Origin: an uncultured virus (IMG/VR IMGVR_UViG_3300028586_000786)
Taxonomy: Duplodnaviria; Heunggongvirae; Uroviricota; Caudoviricetes
IMG/VR virus record: IMGVR_UViG_3300028586_000786
DNA length: 64,000 nt
Reading direction: 5' to 3' (one strand)
The position numbers and the translations under genes were made by a program. Of the stretch, positions 10,727 through 20,500 are shown one piece after another (position 1 is the first letter of the stretch; every line of letters begins with the position of its first letter). A model generated the notes under the pieces. That model had not been told where the DNA came from. It was given only the letters and a program-made list of their open reading frames with translations, and searched no databases.

Positions 10727-10963
10727 ATGCATACGACTTCTTTCCGACCGGCGCCAGGCGTTCGTGTTGGCGAAATGGCCCGGGACTCCGGCGGCAAGCG
10801 CTACGCTCTGCAGGTGATGGAATCGGCAGCCGGGTTTTACCTGGGCACGCGTGACGAAGATGGCTGTCCCTACTCGCGCGAGTCGCTCGAGTACTGGCCT
10901 GACCGTACCCAAGCTGAGGCTGCCATGACCTCCGGTGAGTGGACGCAGCGCGACGAACCGTAA
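10727..10963 (+). CDS. hypothetical protein (S.AGFYLG...PYSRES.EYW type)
   Basis: GAGGA SD; terminator at about 10984-11012. Confidence 0.65.
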   Translation: MHTTSFRPAPGVRVGEMARDSGGKRYALQVMESAAGFYLGTRDEDGCPYSRESLEYWPDRTQAEAAMTSGEWTQRDEP

Positions 10964-11028
10964 TCCAAAAGATGTTTTTCACGAGCCGACTTCTTCACGA
11001 AGTCGGCTTTTTCATTGAATATTTCTCG

Positions 11029-11134
11029 CGCAGCAGAAGGGTGAATTTCGCGGTGAGGCTAACATTCCCGTACGCAGCAGAAGGGTGAAGTTGCCGTTGG
11101 TAGGGGTAACTGAACCACGCAGCACAAGGGTGAA
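11029..11134 (+). repeat. three 17-bp direct repeats CGCAGCA(G/C)AAGGGTGAA
   Basis: Copies at 11029-11045, 11073-11089 and 11118-11134 (period 44 and 45 bp). Confidence 0.9.
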
Positions 11135-11272
11135 CTTGCGCCAGCAAGCCATGTTGCGCCTGGCTTTCGTTGTCGGCCGCGGTTCCCTGCCGAGCAGATT
11201 CACGAGTTACGGTCACTAACAAGACGGCTCAAAGAAAAGCCGCTCTCAGGGTGAGAGCGGCTTTGAAATCAA

Positions 11273-12004
11273 TCAGGCACAGCAGGCTTCTTCAGGCAAA
11301 GCCGGGCAGATGTACGTTGAGGCGAACTTCACCAGAATGTCGTAGAGGCCTTCACGATAGCCCTCGGTGGCTGCTTGACGCCCGATTGCGGTGATGCGGC
11401 TATCCAAGCGCTCGAAGAGCGGCTGGTAGACCTTTTGGTAGGCGGCATCGCCTGCCGCGCGAACTTCCTGCTGACGTTCGTAACGAGCGTCCTCGCTAGC
11501 GTAGATAGACGGCTTAGCGATGGAGGCATCTGCTTTCAGATACGCCGCTTGGAAGGCGGCGCTGGCGGCTTTCTCGAAACGGCGAATGCGTCGGGCGTTG
11601 CCGTGGCTGAGGCGGCGATGCGTTACTGCGGCTTTGAACATCCTGCTCGAGAGGTTCGCCTGGGTCGCCCTCATCAGCGCAGGCAAGCTGGTCGACGTTA
11701 CCCGCATCATGAACGTGCCGACCGGGTTGACCAGACGGTTCAGCTGCAGGTTCACGAAGATGGTTTCTGCATCGCTTGCAACGACGATGAAGTCCTCAAC
11801 TTTGGAGCCATACGTCGGGTCCAATGCCACGTGGTCCAGGAGCTGAATGGACAGCTTGGCCAGTGTTTCCGGGTCCGAGCCAATCGCATCGAGCTGCTCG
11901 ATGAAGGCGGGGCTGCTGAGATAGTTGAGATGCGTTCCTTCGAGGTACGTCCGGTTGCGGAAGTGAGTGGCCAGCTGGCGCAGTTCGCGCAGGTCGTTTT
12001 TCAT
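11273..12004 (-). CDS. hypothetical protein
   Basis: AGGAG SD; TCGCTATAC-N5-AGGAC at 12039-12047; own terminator. Confidence 0.75.
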   Translation of the reverse strand: MKNDLRELRQLATHFRNRTYLEGTHLNYLSSPAFIEQLDAIGSDPETLAKLSIQLLDHVALDPTYGSKVEDFIVVASDAETIFVNLQLNRLVNPVGTFMMRVTSTSLPALMRATQANLSSRMFKAAVTHRRLSHGNARRIRRFEKAASAAFQAAYLKADASIAKPSIYASEDARYERQQEVRAAGDAAYQKVYQPLFERLDSRITAIGRQAATEGYREGLYDILVKFASTYICPALPEEACCA

Positions 12005-12155
12005 GAGTTCTCCTGGTAATAGATGGGGGTCCTAAGCTGTATAGCGAGAGACCGTCCCGGCGTCTACATTTAGAGGGAAGTCCTCCACGATGCGCGAGGG
12101 GAAGCTGCCAATCCGTGACGCATGGAGGTGGGTGCATAGCGGAGGGGAGGGGGAT

Positions 12156-12172
12156 TTCACCCTTGTGCTGCG
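12156..12172 (-). repeat. inverted copy of the 17-bp repeat
   Basis: TTCACCCTTGTGCTGCG is the reverse complement of CGCAGCACAAGGGTGAA. Confidence 0.85.
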
Positions 12173-12362
12173 TAACCTCAACGCGCCGCCGGCGTCATCG
12201 ACATTAAGTGCGTGAGAAACCCCGGAACGGCGACGTGCGTACGGAACAGCTTGCGACGCTTTTCAGGCTGCAGTGCCCGGGCAGATAGCCGTTCATGGCC
12301 TGAGTGGTCAGCCTTGGCATCGCAGATATATATGAAAACTGCCTCTTGACGGGGCAGGTGGT

Positions 12363-13568
12363 TTAATTGCAGCTCCGGAATCGGCCGGCACCGGACCATT
12401 CGTCGCCCTCGGGCTTCGGATACTCATGGCACTGGCGCGCGGACCAGATGTCGACCTTGTGGCAGAACGCGGCCAATTCGTTCATGATGCGGGCGCTACT
12501 TGAGTACGCGTCACCTTCTCCCTCGACATACGTGAGGGCATTGGCTTGCGCAGGCGTCAGCTTCAATCCGTACTCGGCCAGCTTCCTCTCGCGAAAAGCT
12601 TTGAAGTGAGCCTTGGTGTCAAAGCCTTCGCCATTGGTGAGGGTCCCGTCAGCGCGCGCCAGGATACGCCAAGGTTTCTCCAGGTCGTGCAGGAAGAACA
12701 CGAGAAGCGCGTCAGACAGCGCGAAGGGCATTGGCCGGCCCAATGCCGTATCGAAGGCATACAGGTGCCGCGCATAGTTCATGCCGTCGACGACATGGTC
12801 AATGTAGCCTCCCGGCCAGGCCTGGTGATTGTGTCGTGAGCCTGGGGCCTGTTCGAAGCGCTCGCGGTGGTCAGTGACAATGCGTTGGCATACTGTCCGT
12901 GCCGGGTTATCAACAAGGGCCAGAAGGGCCTCAAGCGGGAGGTAGTCCAGCTTCAGCAGTACTGCTCGAGGAGACGTGTCCGGCGGAATCGGCCCGAACT
13001 GCTGCTCGCGGGACAAGACCATCGCACGGAATTGTTTGGGCACTGCCGCGAGCTGCGCATCCACTTCCTGGCGAGCCGCTTCCCAGGCCGCATCCAGCAC
13101 CGCACGGTCTCCGAACGCCAAAGGAGGTAGCCCCTCAGCATTACGTTGCTCTCGTGCGCGCAGCATCCGAACACTGAACTCGCTGTCGACTGCCTTTGCG
13201 CGAACCAATTGCGTCAGCCACTCCGGAACTAGGGCAGGGCGCGGCACGCCAGGTTGACCACTACCTTGCGCCTCCCACAGGGCCCCCGTCGTGACAGCAC
13301 TGTGCGCAGCGTGACCGATGCTCTGGAACATGTCGATGCGAGGATTGTGGTACGGCTCGGATTCACCGTATGTCGAAGGAATATATTTGTGAAGATGCCG
13401 GGTAGTGTCTTCTCGCCATTCGTAAACTGCAACACCGTGTTTGCCGGCGCCGTTATCAGCCAGCTCTTCAGCAAGTTTGCAGGCGCGTTGAAGGTCCAGC
13501 GTTGCCGCGGCTTCATTGACTTGTTCGTTGGTGTAGCCCCAACGATAGGAAACGACGGTGTAGAGCAT
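12363..13568 (-). CDS. protein with C-terminal HD phosphohydrolase domain
   Basis: APGS.HNHQAWPGGY.DH and FFLHDLEK motifs; unknown N-terminal half; TGCTATAAT extended -10 at 13598-13606. Confidence 0.7.
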   Translation of the reverse strand: MLYTVVSYRWGYTNEQVNEAAATLDLQRACKLAEELADNGAGKHGVAVYEWREDTTRHLHKYIPSTYGESEPYHNPRIDMFQSIGHAAHSAVTTGALWEAQGSGQPGVPRPALVPEWLTQLVRAKAVDSEFSVRMLRAREQRNAEGLPPLAFGDRAVLDAAWEAARQEVDAQLAAVPKQFRAMVLSREQQFGPIPPDTSPRAVLLKLDYLPLEALLALVDNPARTVCQRIVTDHRERFEQAPGSRHNHQAWPGGYIDHVVDGMNYARHLYAFDTALGRPMPFALSDALLVFFLHDLEKPWRILARADGTLTNGEGFDTKAHFKAFRERKLAEYGLKLTPAQANALTYVEGEGDAYSSSARIMNELAAFCHKVDIWSARQCHEYPKPEGDEWSGAGRFRSCN

Positions 13569-13729
13569 GTGTAGGCTTTTCAGGATTGGTAACTTTCATT
13601 ATAGCAATATTCGAACTGACATACCAGTGCTAGCCTTCAACGCGCTAGAGCCAACAGTTGGCCTAAAGCAATAAAACCGGTCGCTTTACCTTTTACCGCG
13701 TGGTTTTCACGCTTTCATAAAGGTGATTC

Positions 13730-14560
13730 ATGTCCCGTAAAGTCCTGCTTCTCGCACTGGCCGCCGCTATGGTCGCTCCCCTGGCTCAAGCCCACGATTC
13801 CCTGGCCACTGTGAACTCGAGCGTGCGATTGTTCGCCGGCGCTCATCACCTCGACTACACCGAATACGACCCCGGCACCGCCACCAAGGACGGCATCCTG
13901 GACACCGAAAAGGGCGCGCAGCAGCTGCTTGGCGCCAATGTGAGCTGGCAGTTCGTCTCGGGTCCGCTAAAGAACGTCTTCGTCCAGGTGGATGCGCGTC
14001 ATGCCCATGGCAAGACCAAATACGATGGCTACCTGCAGTCCCAATCGACGCCGGAGCTGATTCCGTACACCTTCGACAACGTCAAGGCGGTCACTACCGA
14101 AACTGCAGTCAAACTCGGCTACGCCTTCAGCGTCGACCAGGGCCGCGGCCAGCTGACCCCTTACGTCGCGCATGGCACCTATCGCTGGCAGCGTAACTCG
14201 TCGGCCTCGCCGTACGGCTACCGCGAAGACTACCGTCACAACTACGTTGCCTTCGGCACCAAATGGCAGTACCAATTCGCGCCGAAGTGGACCTTCGAGC
14301 TGGACGGCGCCGTTGGGCGTACGCGCAAGGCCGGCCTGGATATTCCGGACTGGGGCCTGAACTTCGACCTGGGCTCGTCCGAAATCGCCACGCTGAACCT
14401 GGCTTTGACCCAGAAGCTGACCGACCGCATCGACGTGCGCTACGCGCTGGAAGGCAGCCGCTTCGGCTACGGCAAGTCCATCGTCAAGAGCGGCTTCATG
14501 GAGCCCGAGTCGGATTCGAACACCGCCAACCTGACCGTCGGCCTGGGCTATCGCTTCTGA
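13730..14560 (+). CDS. outer-membrane beta-barrel protein
   Basis: Signal peptide (AQA), alternating beta-strands, C-terminal GLGYRF BAM signal. Confidence 0.8.
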   Translation: MSRKVLLLALAAAMVAPLAQAHDSLATVNSSVRLFAGAHHLDYTEYDPGTATKDGILDTEKGAQQLLGANVSWQFVSGPLKNVFVQVDARHAHGKTKYDGYLQSQSTPELIPYTFDNVKAVTTETAVKLGYAFSVDQGRGQLTPYVAHGTYRWQRNSSASPYGYREDYRHNYVAFGTKWQYQFAPKWTFELDGAVGRTRKAGLDIPDWGLNFDLGSSEIATLNLALTQKLTDRIDVRYALEGSRFGYGKSIVKSGFMEPESDSNTANLTVGLGYRF

Positions 14561-14669
14561 GCGCGTCGTAGCCCTGTGAAGTAGTAGCAGCGCCGGCCCC
14601 TAAAGCCGGCGTTGTGGTTTGTGCGTCCTAGCGACCTATACTGGGGAGGACAACTCTTGAAAGACTTCC

Positions 14670-15125
14670 ATGTACGACGCAAACCGTGACGTTTTGACCT
14701 CAAAGGAACGCCCTAATCACCACGCCATTGGCCGCTACTATCGGGCCTGGGATGGCCAGGTGTACTACTGCGACAGTTACGACCCTCGTGTCGACTATTA
14801 CATGACCAACGTGCTCGACGCGTCGCATCGCAAAGACGTATCGCCTCGTGCGCTCGGCCGTACGTTCCACGAAATCGGCACGCAGGACCGTCCCCGGGTC
14901 CCGTGGGCCATTCGCGACTACAGCAACTTTGCTGTCGATACGACCGTCTCGCCTGATGAGATGGAGCCAAAAGAACTCGATTATGCCGACTGCTTTGGCC
15001 TGCCTGAGCGCGTCGCGCTGTTCTACAACAAGTTCGAGGCCGAACGCTTTATCCGCATCGTCAAGGAGGCCGCTGAACAGCGTCAAGCTGAACTTGCTTC
15101 TAAAAGCGCAACCTCTGCGCAGTAA
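14670..15125 (+). CDS. hypothetical protein
   Basis: CTATAC-N5-AGGACAAC upstream; terminator follows. Confidence 0.7.
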   Translation: MYDANRDVLTSKERPNHHAIGRYYRAWDGQVYYCDSYDPRVDYYMTNVLDASHRKDVSPRALGRTFHEIGTQDRPRVPWAIRDYSNFAVDTTVSPDEMEPKELDYADCFGLPERVALFYNKFEAERFIRIVKEAAEQRQAELASKSATSAQ

Positions 15126-15280
15126 TTCCCAGGACGGCTTTTGCCGTCCTTTTTCTGTGCCTGAGAACCACGCTAAAAACAAGTTTCAGTGGATTGCAGA
15201 CGTTACAGGTGCTATAATAGTGCCCACTTTATTTATTGCGCAGACGACATTTTCCCGCTGCGCATTGCAAGGAGACATTT

Positions 15281-15472
15281 ATGAGTCGTATTACCAATGA
15301 CCTGGCGCGCTACCGCCGTCGTGTCCTACTCGCTGCCGCACCCCAGCGCGAGGTTCCCGCTCCTACTGCTGAAGCGGTTGCGCAATTCGCGGCCCGATTG
15401 GAGGGAGTCGACCCTCGAGGTTACGTCGACTTTTCGCCGGCGCCGGCAAAGGGTGACGCGCGCGCGAAGTGA
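15281..15472 (+). CDS. small hypothetical protein
   Basis: AAGGAG SD; TGCTATAAT extended -10 at about 15210-15218. Confidence 0.55.
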   Translation: MSRITNDLARYRRRVLLAAAPQREVPAPTAEAVAQFAARLEGVDPRGYVDFSPAPAKGDARAK

Positions 15473-15498
15473 CACCAGCCAAACGTACTATGCAAGAA

Positions 15499-15522
15499 AA
15501 AAGCAGCCCGAGGGCTGCTTTT
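15499..15522. terminator. terminator AAAAGCAGCCCGAGGGCTGCTTTT (copy 1)
   Basis: Hairpin with A and T tracts; identical to 16611-16634. Confidence 0.85.
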
Positions 15523-15536
15523 CTATTCTGTCAGCC

Positions 15537-16544
15537 TTAGGCTGCTTCCTGATAGCGATGTTCTTGTAGGAGACATCTTGCGGAATCGGCCGCCAAGTAT
15601 AGTTGCGCCGGCGAGGCAAACGCGGGAGCGTCTGATTCACTGCTAAATGGATTTTCTATAATAGCCCTTTCAGCCTCTGTCAGCAATTCTGCCAGGGCAG
15701 GGTAGGGGGCGCAAGCATACCGGTACGTGTCTCCTTCGAGAGCATAATAGAGCAAGGCATTCTGCTCAATGATACTTGCAAAAGCGAGGTCCGCCGTTAC
15801 GTACAATGCCAACCCGCCCAGAGGTAGTTGATGATGGATGTTAAGGAGTCGTACATAGTACGTAACGTCGCGCGCGGCATTGCGAGCCTTCCGGTCCTTC
15901 GTTTCAGCACTGTCGTCTCGAGTATATTTTAGAACTTTTAGGGCTTGCTGTTCCTTTGCGAACAATCCGATAGCCAGATTCGCGCTTATACCCGGTCGAA
16001 TTTGTCGCAAGTCGCACCACTCAAACAGTTCCAGCACGTTACGGCTAAGGTCCTTCCTGTCTGGGTAGACTTCTGCCAATGATAGGGCTTTGAGCAATGT
16101 CGCATAAGATGGAAGAAAAATCTCTTCCCAAGCTGCCGAGACATAGAGATAGTGCATCGGGGAGGCAATGGGGCCTGTCGGAATTTTCACTCGCTCGTTC
16201 TTGAAGAGCGCTTTCCCTTCATAAAAGTCATCAAGCCATTCGGTGAATTTTTCCTGTGATGTGACGAGTTCATCCCCTAACAGGCCGCGCTCCATTGCCG
16301 CAAACGAAGCGTCCACCCTTAGTTGTCGACGGTGTACGCAGTGCAGTAATTCGACCAGTTCAGCTGAGTAGGAATAGGCACCTGCGTTTTTTCGATGAGC
16401 TTGCAAATAGGCGAAGACATTCGCATCTAGCAATAAGACAGATAGCCCTCCTGCTGGGGCATCGGCGAGAGAGCTTGCCCCTTTAAGCGAGAGGAACTGA
16501 AGCGTTCGCGGTGTTGGTGCAGTTGATTGGTTTTTCTTTGACAT
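15537..16544 (-). CDS. PIN-domain-like protein, lower GC
   Basis: LLLDANVF near the N-terminus, later RD and TAD acidic motifs; visibly AT-richer than neighbours. Confidence 0.55.
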   Translation of the reverse strand: MSKKNQSTAPTPRTLQFLSLKGASSLADAPAGGLSVLLLDANVFAYLQAHRKNAGAYSYSAELVELLHCVHRRQLRVDASFAAMERGLLGDELVTSQEKFTEWLDDFYEGKALFKNERVKIPTGPIASPMHYLYVSAAWEEIFLPSYATLLKALSLAEVYPDRKDLSRNVLELFEWCDLRQIRPGISANLAIGLFAKEQQALKVLKYTRDDSAETKDRKARNAARDVTYYVRLLNIHHQLPLGGLALYVTADLAFASIIEQNALLYYALEGDTYRYACAPYPALAELLTEAERAIIENPFSSESDAPAFASPAQLYLAADSARCLLQEHRYQEAA

Positions 16545-16610
16545 AACAGGCCGTTTTGTTCACGGACTGTCTAATCAGCGAGGTTTATCTCCCAGTGACG
16601 TCTATAAAGG

Positions 16611-16634
16611 AAAAGCAGCCCGAGGGCTGCTTTT
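16611..16634. terminator. terminator AAAAGCAGCCCGAGGGCTGCTTTT (copy 2)
   Basis: Identical to 15499-15522. Confidence 0.85.
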
Positions 16635-16649
16635 TGAATTTCAGGAAGG

Positions 16650-17348
16650 CTAGATTGATTTTCTGGTGCGGTCCCAGGTGGGCAACGCACGCTTCACGAT
16701 GACGCCACGGGGAGCGGACAGGTTGTGAGGCGCATAGGTGTCTTGCCACCAAACGCCGTCGAGTTCTGTTTCATCCTCGACAAAGAACGTGGCGGTGATG
16801 TCGAGGGCATGGCACGTAGCGGTATCGAAGCCCAAGCGCTGGTTCATTGATGCGGTGGGGCAGGCTATCATGTGCATCGTGATTGCCGGTGCGGCACCTT
16901 CGTCTTCTTCGGTCCAGTCCGGAATTTCCGTACGGGCTTCCTCTTCGGTGTCGAAGTAACAGAAGCACGTATCTTCCGTCTCGCTGTCGTAGTAGCTCAT
17001 CTTCCACTGTTCGTGCAGCTCGAGGTAGCCCTTGGCGACGCCCCAGTCTTGCAGTGCTTGACGCTGCCGTGGGGTCAGCTTGTGAAAAGCCATGAAGCGA
17101 TTCGCCGGTTTGCGGAACTCCCAGGTGTCACCGCTCAGATGAGCAATGCCTGACCAGTCTTCCGGGCATTGTGAAATGCTCAGGCCGTTGCCCTCGTGGC
17201 TTGCGCCCCTACAGCCCTTATGCGTTACGTCTAGGGTGCCTACGTGCCAGAGCCGCTTGAAGCGCACGGTCGGCACAAGGTACGAGGCGAGAAACGCGAG
17301 GCGGGGCGGAGTGGCTTGTCCGCAGGCGATTACTAGGGTTGTTTGCAT
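16650..17348 (-). CDS. hypothetical protein
   Basis: TCGCTACAC-GCTTC-AGGACAAC 27 nt upstream; GAAGGA SD. Confidence 0.75.
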   Translation of the reverse strand: MQTTLVIACGQATPPRLAFLASYLVPTVRFKRLWHVGTLDVTHKGCRGASHEGNGLSISQCPEDWSGIAHLSGDTWEFRKPANRFMAFHKLTPRQRQALQDWGVAKGYLELHEQWKMSYYDSETEDTCFCYFDTEEEARTEIPDWTEEDEGAAPAITMHMIACPTASMNQRLGFDTATCHALDITATFFVEDETELDGVWWQDTYAPHNLSAPRGVIVKRALPTWDRTRKSI

Positions 17349-17509
17349 TGTGTTCCTTCAGGGTTGTCCTGAAGCGTGTAGCGAAGCGCCAAACGGCCTA
17401 TTCGGCCAGCGCTCAACGCTCAGCCGGATGCTAACCGGTTAGGCGGGAGCTTCCTGTTCTGCGCCAAGGAAAACCCGCCGGCGTGAAGCCGGCGGGTTTG
17501 GTATCAAGC

Positions 17510-20500
17510 TTACGGTGTCGTACCCGTCAGCGTGATTGGTCGAGGCATCTCAGTCCCGTTGTTGCTGGTTGGGGTGAGCGTGACATTCGCAGGCCCGGCA
17601 GTAGTTGGGGTGTATCGCACAGAGATAACTATATGGTTGCCCAGGCCTGCCGCAGCATCCCATGCATTACATGGCGAGGATGACGCTCCGTTGGCCGCAA
17701 TGGCGCCGCCGCCGCCTTCGCACCAGTAGTAGGAGGCATTGGAATTGCTTGCGTAGACAGCGGAAATCCGGAACTGGCTAACATCTCCTGTTAAGGTGAA
17801 GCCTGCCGACATCCGTCCCTTCGTGCCTTCGTTACGCAAATAGAACAACTTCTCCACTGCCGAGCCTACAGGTGTGGCGGCGTATGTCTGGTTTGCGGCC
17901 GTAAGGGGAGTGGTTGCCCAGGCATTGCTGGACCATGCCCCTTTTGAGTCGAACACGGTAGTTCCGCTCAGGGTGAGTGGCGCCGACGGCAAGACCGTTC
18001 CATTGTCCGTCGTAGGGGTCAGCACCACGATTGCCGTCCCAACTGTGGTCGGTTTGTATCGCACTGACACCGCCACCCATGAATACGGATTGTTCGACGG
18101 GTCAGTGGCTTTGCATGGAGAGCTAGACAGCTTGTCAGCCGATACCACACCTCCTTCAGTGCAAGTCCAGGTGTTGCCTGTAGCGGTTGCGATATAGCTT
18201 TGTACGATTTCAAATTGGCTTGTATCTCCCGAGAGCTTGAAGCCCACCGATTGAGCGCCATGAGTACCCGAGTTTCGTACATAGAAGACCTTGTCGACCC
18301 CAGTGGCGTCACGGCCGTGCGTGCCGAAGTTCAAGTCCGCCTGCGAAGGCTGAGTAGTCGTGTTCAGTATCGTCCATTCAGCGGCAGGATTAAGCTCTCC
18401 GTTTCCGGTTAAGGTAATCGAACCCGGCACTGTTACGCTGTTACCCGAAGAAGGCTTCAAGCTAACCTGGAAGGCACCCTTTTTAGTAGGCGCGAATCGA
18501 ATGCGGACGGCGATGTGGGTGTACGGGTTTGTCGATGGGTCGGTCGACGCACAAGGCGTAGTTGCTGTCTTGCTTGCATTGACGTCACCACCGGATACGC
18601 AATACCACGTGCCGCCACCACTGGTCCCGATATAAGCTTGGTCGATTGTGAACTGTCCCACATCACCGGTCAGCTCGAAGCTCACTAGCTGCGAGCCAAA
18701 CTGACCAGTATTCCTGATGTAGTAGGTCTTTTCAACCACAGCTCCCGGGCTATGGGTGCCAAAGGCCAGGTCTGTCGACTGGAATGCCTCAGTTGCCGCC
18801 AATGAACGGGACCACACACCTGCCGCGTCCATGAGGACTTCTGCGCGCAGCGTGAGTTCGGAGACTTTCTGAACGCCGTTATGCTCAAAACGTAGGGTAG
18901 CCGTTTTCGACCCTTTCAAGCCTGGCGTGAATTTCACACCTACTCGAAGGGTGCGGCCTGGGCCCGCGGTGGTGCATGCTTCAGTCGACCCTGTGGCGTC
19001 AAATCCGCAAAGAGCCGTGGCAAGGTCATAGCCGGCCTGATGGTCCAGAGGGTAGATATCCGTGACCGTAAAGCCGCTGTCGCCGGAGATACGAATTGAG
19101 CTGGTCGCGATTGTGGCTTGGTTCGTGTTGTCGCGCAGGTAGTAGTATTTGATGGCAGCCGCAGGCCCGCCGGGCGCATGCGAGCCGAAATCAGTAGCCG
19201 GTGCGATGTTTTCGGTTCGTGCGCCGCTAAGGCTGTAGGTTGCCTGAACTGAGCGCGTGCTCAAAGGCAGAGTCGCCTTGGCACCTTGCTTGCTGGTTGC
19301 GACCAACGTAGCCGCATACTCGCCGACAGCCGCCGTCCGTGCGGTAACAGTAATGGTGCACGTGCCGAGGGAAACCCCCGCGGTGCAGGTGCCGCCGGTG
19401 ACGGTGAAGTTAGCGCCCTCTACCGAAACTGTATCCAGGGTATCCTGGAAACGGCCCGTATTGAGGATGGTGAACGAGCGGGACACGTTCGCGCCTGGCG
19501 ACACCGGGCCGAAGTTTCCGTCCGTGCCAGTGTAGAAGCTGAGGGCGGGCGTTGGTGCGCTGCCCGTCAGCGGCGCCACTGCAGGGGAGTTTGCCAGCCG
19601 GCCTGTTGCTGCAACGGAGGCTTCGACTAGGGCACCTGGAGCTGTTGGAGCATACTTCAACCCTACTCGGCACGAACCGCTAGCCGCAAGAGTTGTGCCG
19701 CAGTTATTGAACTCCAGGGAAAGGCCCACACCGGAAAGTGCGACGACCATGTCCTTAGCCGCGACAGTGCCTACGTTGACGAGGGTGAAGTATCGGGTTG
19801 CTGAGGACCCCACCATTACGTCACCGAAATCAAACGACGAGTCTGGGTACCACTTCGCTTCTGCGCCGATGGCCTTACCTGTCAGGTCAAAGTAGAACTT
19901 GCCGCTGTCGCTCAGCAGCGCAATGCCTCCTGTGCGGGCACCAAGGGCAGACGGGGTGAAGAGCAACGAAATAGTGCATGCGGCGCCAGGCGCTAGCACC
20001 TTGGCGCAGTCGTTTGATTGGTTGAAGTCGGTCATTCCCGCTACAAGCGAGAGGCCCTCAATCGTCAGCGGGCCATCCCCGCGGTTACGGAAGGTGACAT
20101 TTCGAACCGCGCTCGAGCTACCAACCTCTGTGTTCAAAAAGTTAATGGAGTAGTGTACGAAGCCGTCACTGACGGGAGGCGTGCTGGGGCCCGAGCCACC
20201 ATCTCCACTTCCGCCAGCGCTTCCGCCATCTTCAATGATGGCTTTAGGTTCGGTGGCCTGGCCGCTAAGGTAAGCAGTGACAGTCCCCAAGGAGCTCACA
20301 GCCGACCAAGCACCGTTGCTACCTTTGGTAGATGTTGGGGTCCACTGAACAACTACGGTGCAACTGGCGCCTGGGGTCAGCGAAGTGCCACAGTTGTTAG
20401 ACTGCCCGAATTCGGACTGTCCCGCGGACAGGCCTGCGCCGCCGATAGTTACAGTTTCAGACGTTGGGTTTGATAGCTTTAACGTGACCAGCTCTGACGT

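Noticed and set aside
11029..11134. Mini CRISPR array
   Set aside because: Only three non-palindromic 17-bp repeats, shorter than CRISPR repeats; no cas genes; an inverted copy lies 1 kb away.
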